Assembly (NCBI RefSeq): GCF_964355755.1
Contig: NC_092677.1
Location: forward strand, 6,284,101 to 6,348,100
Direction of reading: 5' to 3'
Length of the DNA stretch: 64,000 bases
Source: Antedon mediterranea
Taxonomy: Eukaryota; Animalia; Echinodermata
A program made the position numbers and the translations under genes. The notes beneath the pieces are model-generated. The model saw only the letters and a list, made by a program, of their open reading frames with translations, did no database searches and was not told the DNA's origin. Below are positions 51,561-62,674 of this stretch, one piece after another; position 1 is the stretch's first letter, and each line of letters starts with the position of its first letter.

Positions 51561-52639
51561 ATTCTATTTAAGTACTCCTGCCAAATAAAAAATGATCTTC
51601 ATTCAAAAATAATTGTTGAAGGTTTAATAAATAAGAATCATCAGAGAGTAATTTCATGCTTCTCTCTTGATAAAAAGAATTCTACATACCGTCAGTAGTT
51701 GACAATATTTCACCTGCAATCACCTTCACCGATATTCCGATAGCAAACTGGTACTATTGCTGATGCGTTTCATCGACTCTGTAGGCCTACAGGGTAACGT
51801 TTGATACAGTAAACTTTATCGCGCCACACCCACTGTTTTATTGACATTTGTCTAAATGATCTAAGTTTTCAAAAAGAGTTGGTGCGTCCCACATTATTCA
51901 TTCTTCTTCATATCAGATGTTTACATAGGGTTAGTACACACATTATTGTTCAACTAATTATCTTGATAATTTTCATTTTACTCCATTTTTATTTAACTTT
52001 TAAAAATACAACTCATGTTTTATTTTAAATAAATAGCGTTTAAGCAGTTTCGTTTTGTTTATACCAAGCTTTCACATAATAGTTTATTTTTAATTTCCCA
52101 TCTCAATCATTATGTTCAGATTTTTTTTTTTCGAATCTAACAATATAGGGCCAACTCTCTAATTAGACAGTTTGTATGTATTGTGGATTAACAATCCAAA
52201 AAGACATAAAAATGTATACAATTATATAAAATATTAATTATTTAAAACTTAATTCCCTAATTGGAAATACAATACTGTACTGTACTAGGGAAAAAAGTGA
52301 CAAGGAGTATTTCTTATACCTTATTTAATAAATGTTGCACAGACCGTTACCGATATACCAAAATGTTTTTCAATACGTCATTATTTCGTGTACTTGTGGT
52401 ATACGACGTACGATACGCTTTGTACATGTCACGCCATTTGTAGGCTACATTAATATAGTACATTATCCATATACTGTTGTGTTGCGGTTTCCGTAATAAA
52501 TGGAACGATGTTCAGTTCGCATAACATTGTAGGCCTCTAGTACCAACAAAAATAACGTAAAATAATTTTTTTTTTTGAGTTTTTGATAGTTGCTAATACA
52601 TATAATATTATAATTAGATACTAATATCACGAAAAAATC

Positions 52640-53521
52640 TTATCTAATTTTAGCTCTCAGCTCGAACAATTTATTGTAGTATGGAAAACTAGCTTCAATA
52701 CAATGGAGAACATCTTCGGACAACTCGGATTTTGAGGGCGCTGCTGATGGTTTAATAAAACCTTTACTTTCGAAAGCGTTCTTGTGGAAATTTCCAACGC
52801 TGTTCCACTGTAGCATTTCTTTTGATGCTATCCAGTATTTAGTGACGTCATGTCCGCCATCCCAAGACAATAACTTATTCGTAAATTCAATTCCAGCAAA
52901 GGCACAAAACTGACGTAATATGGATTCAGGGTTCTCTAAAAGATCGTCTGCGTCCATAATGAACGGTTTTGGTTCGATCCCTGTTTTCGTCAGGTGTTCG
53001 TACACGTGTAAAGTTTCTCCAAAAGCGTAGTGTTCTGGTACTACTTCGTGTTTGCCAACTTTTAACATTACCTCATCTGTCGTAAATTTATTAAACAGTT
53101 TTTTTTGTGATGGGAAAACCTTCTCAGGGCTACGTATCAGAAACGCATGTTTGTAACCCTTTGGCAGCATGTGTAGTGTATCAGCAGTTATTGTGCTTGC
53201 CATATCCTTTACAAAAATAACACGTTTACTTGGATATTCATCCTCTAACCTATCTTTAACGAATTGAAGCGTTAAGTCATCCGACTTCCACGGGTTATCG
53301 CAGTTTACTTCAACAACAGATGCTATCTTGTTCATACTTTCTCTCATTTCTCTGAGATCGTCTGATAGGTCTTGTTGAAAGTCAGGCCCCACGAGAAGAG
53401 CAGCTACATACGGTTCATTTATGACTTGGACATCGTCTAGCTTGCCCATACATATTTCAAAAGCAGTGGATACAGAGCGCGGAATGCACCAAAGAAACAC
53501 TCGTGCTTGTTTTTCTGCCAT
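52640..53521 (-). CDS. Sulfotransferase-like protein, copy 7
   Basis: 293 aa; WCIPRSVSTAF, FVKDM, FLIRSP; acceptor AG at 53531-53530. Confidence 0.87.
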   Translation of the reverse strand: MAEKQARVFLWCIPRSVSTAFEICMGKLDDVQVINEPYVAALLVGPDFQQDLSDDLREMRESMNKIASVVEVNCDNPWKSDDLTLQFVKDRLEDEYPSKRVIFVKDMASTITADTLHMLPKGYKHAFLIRSPEKVFPSQKKLFNKFTTDEVMLKVGKHEVVPEHYAFGETLHVYEHLTKTGIEPKPFIMDADDLLENPESILRQFCAFAGIEFTNKLLSWDGGHDVTKYWIASKEMLQWNSVGNFHKNAFESKGFIKPSAAPSKSELSEDVLHCIEASFPYYNKLFELRAKIR

Positions 53522-54999
53522 TGCAATATCTATAAAAAAACAATAACCAATATATTTATTTTGTAAGCCAATCTATCTTCCGACTATTAAACATTTGATA
53601 GGAAGCCAGGGCAATTTTCAAAATTAGTTTTCTGTCCTGATAAAATATTGCACAGGCAAAACCAGCCTTGGAGGACAGCGAAATGTTGAGCTACATAGGC
53701 TGCCGTGCTTCAACATTAATTTGGCAGTAGACAGACTAGAGTTAGATTATGCAGATAAGATTTTATTTCTGAGAATATTCATCTCTAGCCGATTTTTAAA
53801 TCTCTCAGCGATATTGAGATTCTCTATTAGGAAATAAAGGTTAAAGGGCAAACTAAAAGCATTTTTGTACACATTTTATTATTATTATATATTTTGAAAA
53901 CAAAATTTAAAATGTCCATGTATAATAAACAAGGCCATATACATGGCTACAATCGCGTGCTCAAGTTAGTGCTTACCGACCAACCGACCGATATAGTGAT
54001 CGAGTTGCACGCAACTAGAAATGACCATTGAGGCCAAAGGTCACAGTAGTCAACTCAGATTTTCAGTCACTATGTTTTGGCATTTCCATATCTATCTGCT
54101 TTATAATTTGTATCCAGTTTTGTCATGTAACACTCCACCTTTCTCCCCTTAAGGGACTATACACTAGTGAACATTGATTATTTTATGCAATTAACCATCA
54201 ATTTATCTGAACTTTGTATATTTCATATAGGCCTATGTATATTAAAACAAAGATAGGCCATTTTCCAATGAGTTTAAAAAGAAAGAGAAACAAAATCAGT
54301 AAACACATGTTGTGAACAGTGCCTGCGATCTACATCTTTCATAAATCAAAAACAGGATAAGTATTACAATTTTCAGGCGGTTTTGGAGCGTTATTTAAAA
54401 ATCATAATATATTAATTTTCAGCCATGTTAAAAATTGAAAATGCGTGTAGTTTAGGAATTTACGTTCACTTCTGTCGGCCTTGATTAGAGATACGGTTAT
54501 TTAACGGCCCTACTGTACATGAAAACATACAGAGAGATGCTACCTAATTTTTAAATAGTACTTGTTGAAACCCTCAAATGATCTAATAAGCACAAAGCTA
54601 ACAACCATGACTTATCCTGTCTCCATCTGCTTGTACAGTATAACTATATTATTGGTTTTTTCACTTCACTATTTTTTCCCTTATTATAATACTAGGCCAG
54701 GCCTAGTTGAGTAAGTCTCCCAATTACAAGAAAATATATTCTAACATGTAACAGGTAGGTGTTTAGCCCTTCTTCAAGGCTCAATGGTCCGAAGCAATTT
54801 AAATCAATTAAAACGAAACATCAGCCTTTATTGCTAATTAAACAGAACAAAACCATATACATGGCTGCAGTCGCGTTTACCGACCAACCGACCGACATAG
54901 TGAGCTGTAGAGTCGCGTTGCACGCGACGAAAAAGCAATTAATGCCTACTACAAACATTTAAACTTTGGATCTTCAAAATAATCAAAGAACTTGAAATT

Positions 55000-55214
55000 C
55001 ATCTGCTAGCTACAGACATTTCCAGCGATGGTGACTTGACCTTAACTTTGCCAGTGACGTTGACCTCAGACCGTGATATTTTTGTTGTTGTAGATTGCTG
55101 GGATTTCTTCCCTTTTCAAGGTCCACTTTATTGATTAATTACCCGTTTGACTCACGGCTAAGGTCACGTCATAATCGCGCAGAAAATGGGTCATTGCACT
55201 GCAGCTAGCAGATG
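55000..55214. mobile_element. MITE (paralogous copy 60931-62410, interrupted by a MULE-like element)
   Basis: TIR catctgctagct(a/g)cag / ctgcagctagcagatg. Confidence 0.65.
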
Positions 55215-55674
55215 AAAATTAGAAAAAAGGGATCTTTTTTGTTTAGGAAGTGTATTTGTCTCAATTGTTATAGCCTCTACCCTATTACCAACACAAGATC
55301 AAATTCCATTCCAACAAATAAAGTAAGGTCATGCAACTTATAGTAATGGAAATAACGCAAATAAAGAATATTAAACATTGTAAAGAAGTCATTGAAGCAA
55401 ATAGAGCATTAAAAGAAGTGAATTATTTTGTTGAAATAAAAAACTGAAGCCACGGTACCTTATTTAATTGTTTTGCATTCTGTTATAATATAATATTGTA
55501 AGGGTTGCTCAGTTACTGGGCAGCTACCTTGCAAATAAAACTAGATTATTATTTAATAGGCCTAGGCAGTAACTTAACCTTAATTCGCATTGATATACAG
55601 CAAATAAAGCCGTGCACTCATATTTAAATACTGTAAAACGAAAGATAAAAAATTAACTTTAGGTAATTGAGATG

Positions 55675-55820
55675 AGCTGTAGCATGGTGGTTAACGTGAT
55701 TGCCTTCCAATCCCAAGGTACAGGGTTCAATCCTGACCTGTGTGTGTGTGTGTGTGTCAGGGATGTAACACATGGTGTTACATGCAAGGCACAAACAGAA
55801 GATAGGCAATACAATGGATA
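55675..55820 (+). mobile_element. tRNA-derived SINE with internal (TG)n
   Basis: A box gtagcatggtggtt, anticodon-arm-like gccttccaa, B box ggttcaatcc. Confidence 0.65.
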
Positions 55821-57436
55821 AGTTTTATACTCTAATCTACGTTTTATTCTTCAAACAGAAAAGCAAAAGATAACAAAATCAATTAAAATGATTATAAAGA
55901 TAAAGATTAATTAACAATATAAAATAATTATCAAAGTATAAGATGGTGGTAACACACAATCAAAATACATAAAGAAATTCAAGACTTACAAATATAGCTG
56001 AGCCCAAGGCTAATATAAAGCTTTACTTCAGTTGTTCAAAACAGTCAAACAGACTTCTAGATACTTCAATAGACTTTAACAGCATTTAGTTTAGCTATGT
56101 CAGTATTCGTATTAGGACTGATTAAATATGGTTAATGTACCACTATTTATATTCTTATGCAGGATATGTGGGGTGATCATAATGATCTCATCAAATAACT
56201 TAAAGATGATGAAATTGGTTTTAAGATGAAATTCAAATGACATCATCATCTTAGTATGAAGTTGTTGTAACAATTTCCTTATATGGAATATCAAACAAGT
56301 GTCTCTGACAACTTGAGTTATGAGCAGTCTCATAGGTACAATTACTAACAACCTGGTTACTGAACTTTGGTCTAGTCTACAACCAATATAATATATACAC
56401 TACAATACTATGGTAAAGTAATAATAATATAATAGTATAAATGTATCTCCTAACAATGGCTATTCAACTCCCCTCCCTAAGCCCGGTTATGAAACTTGAT
56501 GATGATGATTATCGTTAGGCCTACTCGCTGTTGGGTGCGTATGAAATAAAAAGAATGAAACATTCACATTACTTAATAGAGCAGAACACTAATTATAAAA
56601 AAAGAATGCTGGTCTAAATAAAAAAAATAATATCAGAGTAAAGAACCAACATCGGAACATCCCCCACCTCTTGTAGGCCTACATTCAAATGAATACACAA
56701 GGTATATTATGCCTATATTGTACTTACTGTAGTAGATTGACTGTTGTATATTATAATACAGTGTACGTGATGTAAACACATCACCGAGTTCTGATCTGAT
56801 GTTCTAATCTCAAAAAAAGCTATTATACCATATAGAATGCATCTGCTTCGTCAACAATATAGTTAGCATACTTTTACAAACAATAATGGCATGTATTGGC
56901 AGTTTGCCAACGAATCTTTGTACTAACCTTTTCGTAGGTTATGCAGAACATGAATTATTCATTAGTCATATTCTATGGGCGGCCATTAGGGTCAAAATAG
57001 ACAAACGTTGCCGTACGAACAATTCCGCTCCCGTAAGGCAAACTAATGGCGTTAAAGACATAATTCCTCGAGTGACAAACAAATATTGCCGTACGGACAC
57101 ACAAACACATTGCCGAAAGGACGAAATTTCCGAAAGGACAAAAATTGGCGTAAGGACAAAAATTGGCGCACGGTCTAACTAAATTTAAACGTTGAGGGCA
57201 GCATAGTAATTTAAAACCACGTGACTGAAACCACTCTGTTGTGTGTCCAGTCCTGATGGGGAATAAAAACATAATCATGGAAGGCTTGTGTTAAGCTAGC
57301 CAACAATATAGGCCAGCCGACAATAAGCCAGCCCACTTTAATTTTTTCCAGCCAACAATAACTATGAAACACCGTTTGTGTATTTTTTACATTTTCAGTG
57401 TTACTTATGGTTTTTATGGTATTAGAAATGAAATAT

Positions 57437-57813
57437 TTGTGAGAAAACGGCGGATTGCTCCTGGGAGTCACTTGGTGGGATTATACTAGGGTAGGGCCTA
57501 CCTCTTTAGTCGTCCAGTAAAAGTTGGAGTAGGCCTATGACCGCTGGTCCCGTTTACTCAGCCCTCATCTTTTAAATTTGAGTGTAACTCAATTATGATT
57601 TTTAATATTATAATGAAATTTGATACTGTATTTTTGTGAGAAAACGGCGGATTGCTCATGGGAGTTACTTGGTGGGATTATACTAGGGTACATCCTTAGT
57701 CGTCCAGTATAAGTTAAAGTATGACCACTGGTCCCGTTTACTCAGCATTTATCTTTTAAAAATCTGAGTGTAACACCTCATCTTTTAAATCCGCCGTTTT
57801 CTCACAAATACAG
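57437..57813. repeat. ~150-bp direct repeat pair (57437-57590, 57634-57775); the second copy is bounded by inverted repeats (MITE-like)
   Basis: ttgtgagaaaacggcggattg... occurs twice; inverted atccgccgttttctcacaaatacag at ~57789-57813. Confidence 0.7.
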
Positions 57814-58310
57814 CCTGAAATAGAAATTGAACTCTAAATAACTGATATGAGCTGCGTATAGTGTAAATGAAATAATTTATTTAGCTGATATTGCATGTTG
57901 ATTGATACTTGTTGACTAGAACCGATATTATATTATTCCCACCTATACTGTACCTATGTTGTAGTTGTTGTACCCTTTGTATTTTTGTTTGTAATAATCT
58001 ATGTAATCAATTGAAAGGAAAAACGGCAATGTTACCTTATTAGGTTTAAAAAAACGAGAGCTCGATGTATTACAAAACTTTTAAGTCGTAGTTTGTTTTT
58101 AAAAAAAAAGGTGGCATAAACTCGTACCTTAATGACATTCACCGTAGGTTCTGAGTACTGTATAGGTAGCTTCTTTATGTTTCGCTAAGTCTAGGTTCTA
58201 GACGGAGTTGTGAATTAATGAGTAACAAGATAACTATTTTGGCACATAGGGCGTTTCATACGTAAACTTGAGCTCGTCGGACAAAATAGAAAGAAACACC
58301 GACTAAAAAA

Positions 58311-58447
58311 AACTAAGATATCTCTATTTAAGATATCTTAGTTTTAAATAGAAATATCTTAGTTTTTAATAGAGATATCTTAGTTTTAAATAGAGATATC
58401 TCTGTTAATAGAGATATCTCTATTAATAGAACTAAGATATCTCTATT
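58311..58447. repeat. Array of palindromic AGATATCT units
   Basis: About 7 (t)aagatatct / agagatatct units in mixed orientation. Confidence 0.75.
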
Positions 58448-58556
58448 GCTTGAATAAATGACAGCTTTGCGCGCCATAGTTAGCGCATGCAGACAAAGGT
58501 ACCTTTAAAACATCAGTTTGAAAAAAAAGTAAGTGATAATCAGATACGACAGAACC

Positions 58557-59441
58557 TTAATTAATTTTAGCTCTCAGCTCGTACAATTGATTGTAGTAAG
58601 GAAAACTAGCTTCAATACAATGAATGACATCGTCTGTCATTTCAGATCTCAATGGCGCTTTTGTAGGTTTGCCAAAACCTTTACTTTCAAAAGCATTTTT
58701 GTGCCATTCTGCAATGCTGTTCCACTGTAAAATTTCTTTTGACGTTTTCCAGTGTTTAGTGACGTCATGTCCGCCATCCCAAGACAATAACTTATCCGTA
58801 TACTCGATTCCAGCAAAGGCACAAAACTGACGTAATATGGATTCAGGGTTCTCTAAAAGATCGTCTGCGTCCATAATGAACGGTTTTGGTTCGATCCCTG
58901 TTTTCGTCAGGTGTTTGTACACGTGTAAGCTTTCTCCAAAAGCATAGTGTTCTGGTACTACTTCGTATTTTCCAACTTTTAATATTACCTCATCTGTCGT
59001 AAATTTATTAAGTAATTGTTTATATGACGGGAAAACCTTCTCAGGGTTGCGTATCAAAAATGCATGTTTGTAGCCCTTTGGCAGCATGTGCAGTGTTTCT
59101 GCATTTATTGCGTATGACATGTCCTTAACAAATATCACCCTTTTATCCGGATATTCGTCCTCTAACCTATCTTTAACGAATCCGAACGTTAAGTTCTCCG
59201 ATTCCCACGGATTATCGCAGTTGACTACAGTGCAAGATGACACCTTGTTTATACTTAATTCTCTCATTTCTTTGATATCATCTGATGCGTCTTTTTGAAA
59301 AACAGGCCCCACGAGGTAAGCAGCTAAATATGGCTCATTTATGACTTGTACATCGTCTAGCTTGCCCATACATATTTCAAAAGCAGTGGATACACAGCGC
59401 GGAATGCACCAAAGGAATACGCGTGCTTGTTTTTCTTCCAT
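58557..59441 (-). CDS. Sulfotransferase-like protein, copy 8
   Basis: 294 aa from the ATG at 59441 (MEEKQARV), which aligns with the paralog starts. The ORF-track start at 59474 lies upstream of a polypyrimidine/AG acceptor at 59451-59450. Confidence 0.85.
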   Translation of the reverse strand: MEEKQARVFLWCIPRCVSTAFEICMGKLDDVQVINEPYLAAYLVGPVFQKDASDDIKEMRELSINKVSSCTVVNCDNPWESENLTFGFVKDRLEDEYPDKRVIFVKDMSYAINAETLHMLPKGYKHAFLIRNPEKVFPSYKQLLNKFTTDEVILKVGKYEVVPEHYAFGESLHVYKHLTKTGIEPKPFIMDADDLLENPESILRQFCAFAGIEYTDKLLSWDGGHDVTKHWKTSKEILQWNSIAEWHKNAFESKGFGKPTKAPLRSEMTDDVIHCIEASFPYYNQLYELRAKIN

Positions 59442-59526
59442 TTCAATTTCTAAAAGAAAAAAGCGTTTAGGCATTAATTAATTTATATGACAATTAAACA
59501 TTAATTTGATTTTGAAAAAATAAACC

Positions 59527-59650
59527 TTTTTAGTCGCGTGGACGCGACTCTATAGTTCACTATGTCGGTCGGTCGGTCTGTTGGTCTGTCTGTCGGTCCG
59601 GTATCACTATGCGTTTTAGCACGCGACTTATGGCTGTTGGCCTTGTTTTT
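59527..59650 (+). mobile_element. HINE/DINE-like short element
   Basis: ttttt agtcgcgtggacgcgact ... (gtcg/gtct)n ... gcacgcgact ... ggccttg ttttt. Confidence 0.7.
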
Positions 59651-61021
59651 ACTATTTTTTCAATTAATGCGCCCTCTATAGTGCACATTTTAATGTGTAC
59701 CATAGAGGGCGAATCAATTGTTATCAATATTATGATTTCTTTCTTTCTTTTATTTACCAACAAATATAAAGTATAAACATTGTAATATAAATAAAACATA
59801 ATATATCAAGGGAAGGGCTAAATAATAGTAAAACTAATCAAGTTCAGCGCGCCCTTAAACATTGAAATATAAATAGTTATTATATAAACAAATTAGGGCT
59901 ACCTTTCTAAAAATTAATATATATACTTGTACATAAACGCACTTTCTCTCAAATGTATAATTCTGTTTTAGAAATAAATATTTTAAACAAACAAATAATA
60001 TTTTTATATTTCTTTTTTAAGTTTGCTTTTTGCTAAAACCTTAAATCATCTGGGATTTTCCACAGATTTGCACCAGAATACCTAATAGAATGACAATTAA
60101 TATACGAGAAATATTTAGGAGTTGTCTCCGGAAATTTACCATGTAAACTATCATGAACAAATAAAGTAGGCATAGTTAAATACTGATACTGCTGATAAAT
60201 ATTTAAAATTTAAAGTTCTTTAAATAATAATGGTTGGTGCTAATATGTCAGAATAAGTCAATGTAATTGATGTAGGCCTAGGTAGGCCCATTGGTAGGCT
60301 AATCTTAAATGTAGTAGCTACAACGTGTAATCATGATCTATATACTCATCGTTGTCTACTTCTTGTGGGAATAATAATACAGTAATAGACAAGGCAGGTA
60401 CATTTATGCTTCGTTTGCCTTGCGTCTATTCAAAACGAAACGAGCGCTAGAGAGTACTGTAGTAGAGTCAGTGGTGACGTATCGCAACTATACATAGCCA
60501 GCCAATCCCGGATCAGGGATCGCAGTTTTCCTTCAATTAGGCCAGGTGATTGGATGTGATGTGGATGACATAACCACTAGCCAATCACCAGGCACTACAA
60601 TTTAAATATAATCACATCGATAATTAAGGAGATTTACGAAGAAACCACTGCTTAGCAATATATTAAAAATACGTTTGTTGTACTTGTGACACGATAAAAA
60701 CATACATGGTGAAATGCGTAATTTAATATTCTATAGATTAACGTAATTTTTAATGACAGGAAGTGGAAGGCCAATATGACAATTCAAATATAAAAATTGC
60801 ATATTATTTATTAATAATTCCAACTACTTTTAATTACCCCTTCTCCCCTTAAGGGACTATAGACTAGTGAGCATTAATAATTGATTATTTTATGCAATGT
60901 ATCTTCAAAATAATCGAAGAACTTGAAATTCATATGCTAGCTACAGAGTTCTTTATTTCCAGCGATGATGACTTGACCTTAACTTTGCCAGTGACGTTGA
61001 CCTCAGATCGTGAAATTAGGA

Positions 61022-62238
61022 GTCGGGTTGGTGAACATCAGTCCAAAATACGCAGAATTTTTTCCAAAATACGTCAAGTTGAGGGCGCTATACTAATCCA
61101 AAATACGCGAGTCTTTCCAAAATACGTCGACTTGAGGGCGCTATTCATTTTCCAAAATACGCGAATTGTCCAAAATACGTCAAGTTGAGGGCGCTATAAA
61201 TTATCCCAAATACATGAATTGTCCAAAATACGTCAAATTGAGGGCGCTATTTATTTCCAAAATACGCGATTTGTCCAAAATACGTCAATTTGCAATTTGG
61301 GACCGCTAGTAATTTTCCAAAATACGTCAACTTGAGGGCGGCAAACTTTTTTTCCAAAATACGAGAGCCTTTCCAAATGTATCATATTGAGAGTGTAAGG
61401 TAAAATTACAGTTTAATGTAGTAAAAAAAAGTTTCTTGGAATAAAACAAACAAGTACATTTTAGTTATAAATGAAAGTATTAGAAGGCATAATTTTTTGT
61501 AAATAAAATGTCATAGAGTAGCCAATTATTATTTTTCAATGTAATCATTTATTACTGAAAAACAACAAATATATGCCAACATCAGTCAATAGACAGTGCC
61601 TATAATATACGTTAATAATGTCTGAACGATGTACGATTGCGTTGCCAGACGTAGCTAGTTTAAATGCGGCATAAAGCGGCTACAAAACCAGCATGTACGT
61701 ATATAGTATTTAAGTATAGTCATAGGTATGTGTTATATATTTGGTGATCTACAAAATCGATATTTTTCCCGAGCTCGACAGACCAACATCGCTTTCAATT
61801 TAATGTACAGTACTTATGGTCTAATAAGTTACCTAATCTGAAATCTAACATAATAATTATTTCATATAATATATAATAATAAAAAGCATGGTATTGTGAT
61901 TAAAATAATATCAATAATTAATTGGTTAGAAGAAGTAAAGGAGTTATTTAAATTGCGTATTTTGGAAAATGAATAGCGCTCTCAAGTTGACGTATTTTGG
62001 AAAATTACAAGTGGTTCCAAATTGACGTATTTTGGACAAATCGCGTATTTTGGAAAATGACTAGCGCCCTCAACTTGACGTATTTTGGACAATTCGCGTA
62101 TTTTGGAAAATGAATAGCGCCCCCAAGTCGACGTATTTTCGAAAGACTCGCGTATTTTGGATTAGTATAGCGCCCTCAACTTGACGTATTTTGGAAAAAA
62201 TTCTGCGTATTTTGGACTGAATTTCACCAACCCTATTG
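61022..62238. mobile_element. Foldback/Mutator-like element with ~300-bp TIRs built of ccaaaatacg subrepeats
   Basis: gggttggtgaa...ccaaaatacg arrays mirrored at 61950-62233; 10-bp flanking duplication GAAATTAGGA (61012-61021, 62239-62248); absent from the paralogous MITE at ~55075. Confidence 0.8.
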
Positions 62239-62674
62239 GAAATTAGGAAGTTTGAAGCGACCCCCGCCCCGTCCTTTTTGTTGTTGTAGATTGCTCGGAT
62301 TTCTTCCCTGTTCAAGGTCCACTTTATTGATATTAATTACCCTTTTGACTCACGACAAAGGTCACAATCTCGCCGAAAATGGGTCATTGCACTCATGCAG
62401 CTAGCAGATGGATCTTTTTTGTTTAGGAAGTGTATTTGTCTCAATTGTTATAAGCCCTACCCTATTACCAACACAAGATCAAATTCCATTCCAACAAATA
62501 AAGTAAGGTCATGCAACTTACAGTAATGGAAATAACGCAAATAAAGAATATTAAACATTGTAAAGAAGTCATTGAAGCAAATGGATCATTAAAAGCAGTG
62601 AATTATTTTGTTGAAATAAAAAACTGAAGCCATGGTACTTTATTTAATTGTTTTGCATTCTGTATATAATATAA

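Noticed and set aside
55675-55740. Possible tRNA-Gly gene
   Set aside because: The acceptor and anticodon stems do not pair properly, it is followed by (TG)n, and a related decayed copy exists at 13876. It is a SINE head.
59442-59474. 11-aa N-terminal extension of gene 8 in the ORF track
   Set aside because: It overlaps a polypyrimidine tract and AG acceptor, and the paralogs start at the Met equivalent to 59441.
60892-62315. Two similar ORFs (QSKIRRIFSKIRQVEGAILIQNTRVF) on opposite strands
   Set aside because: They are translations of the inverted terminal repeats of a non-coding element.
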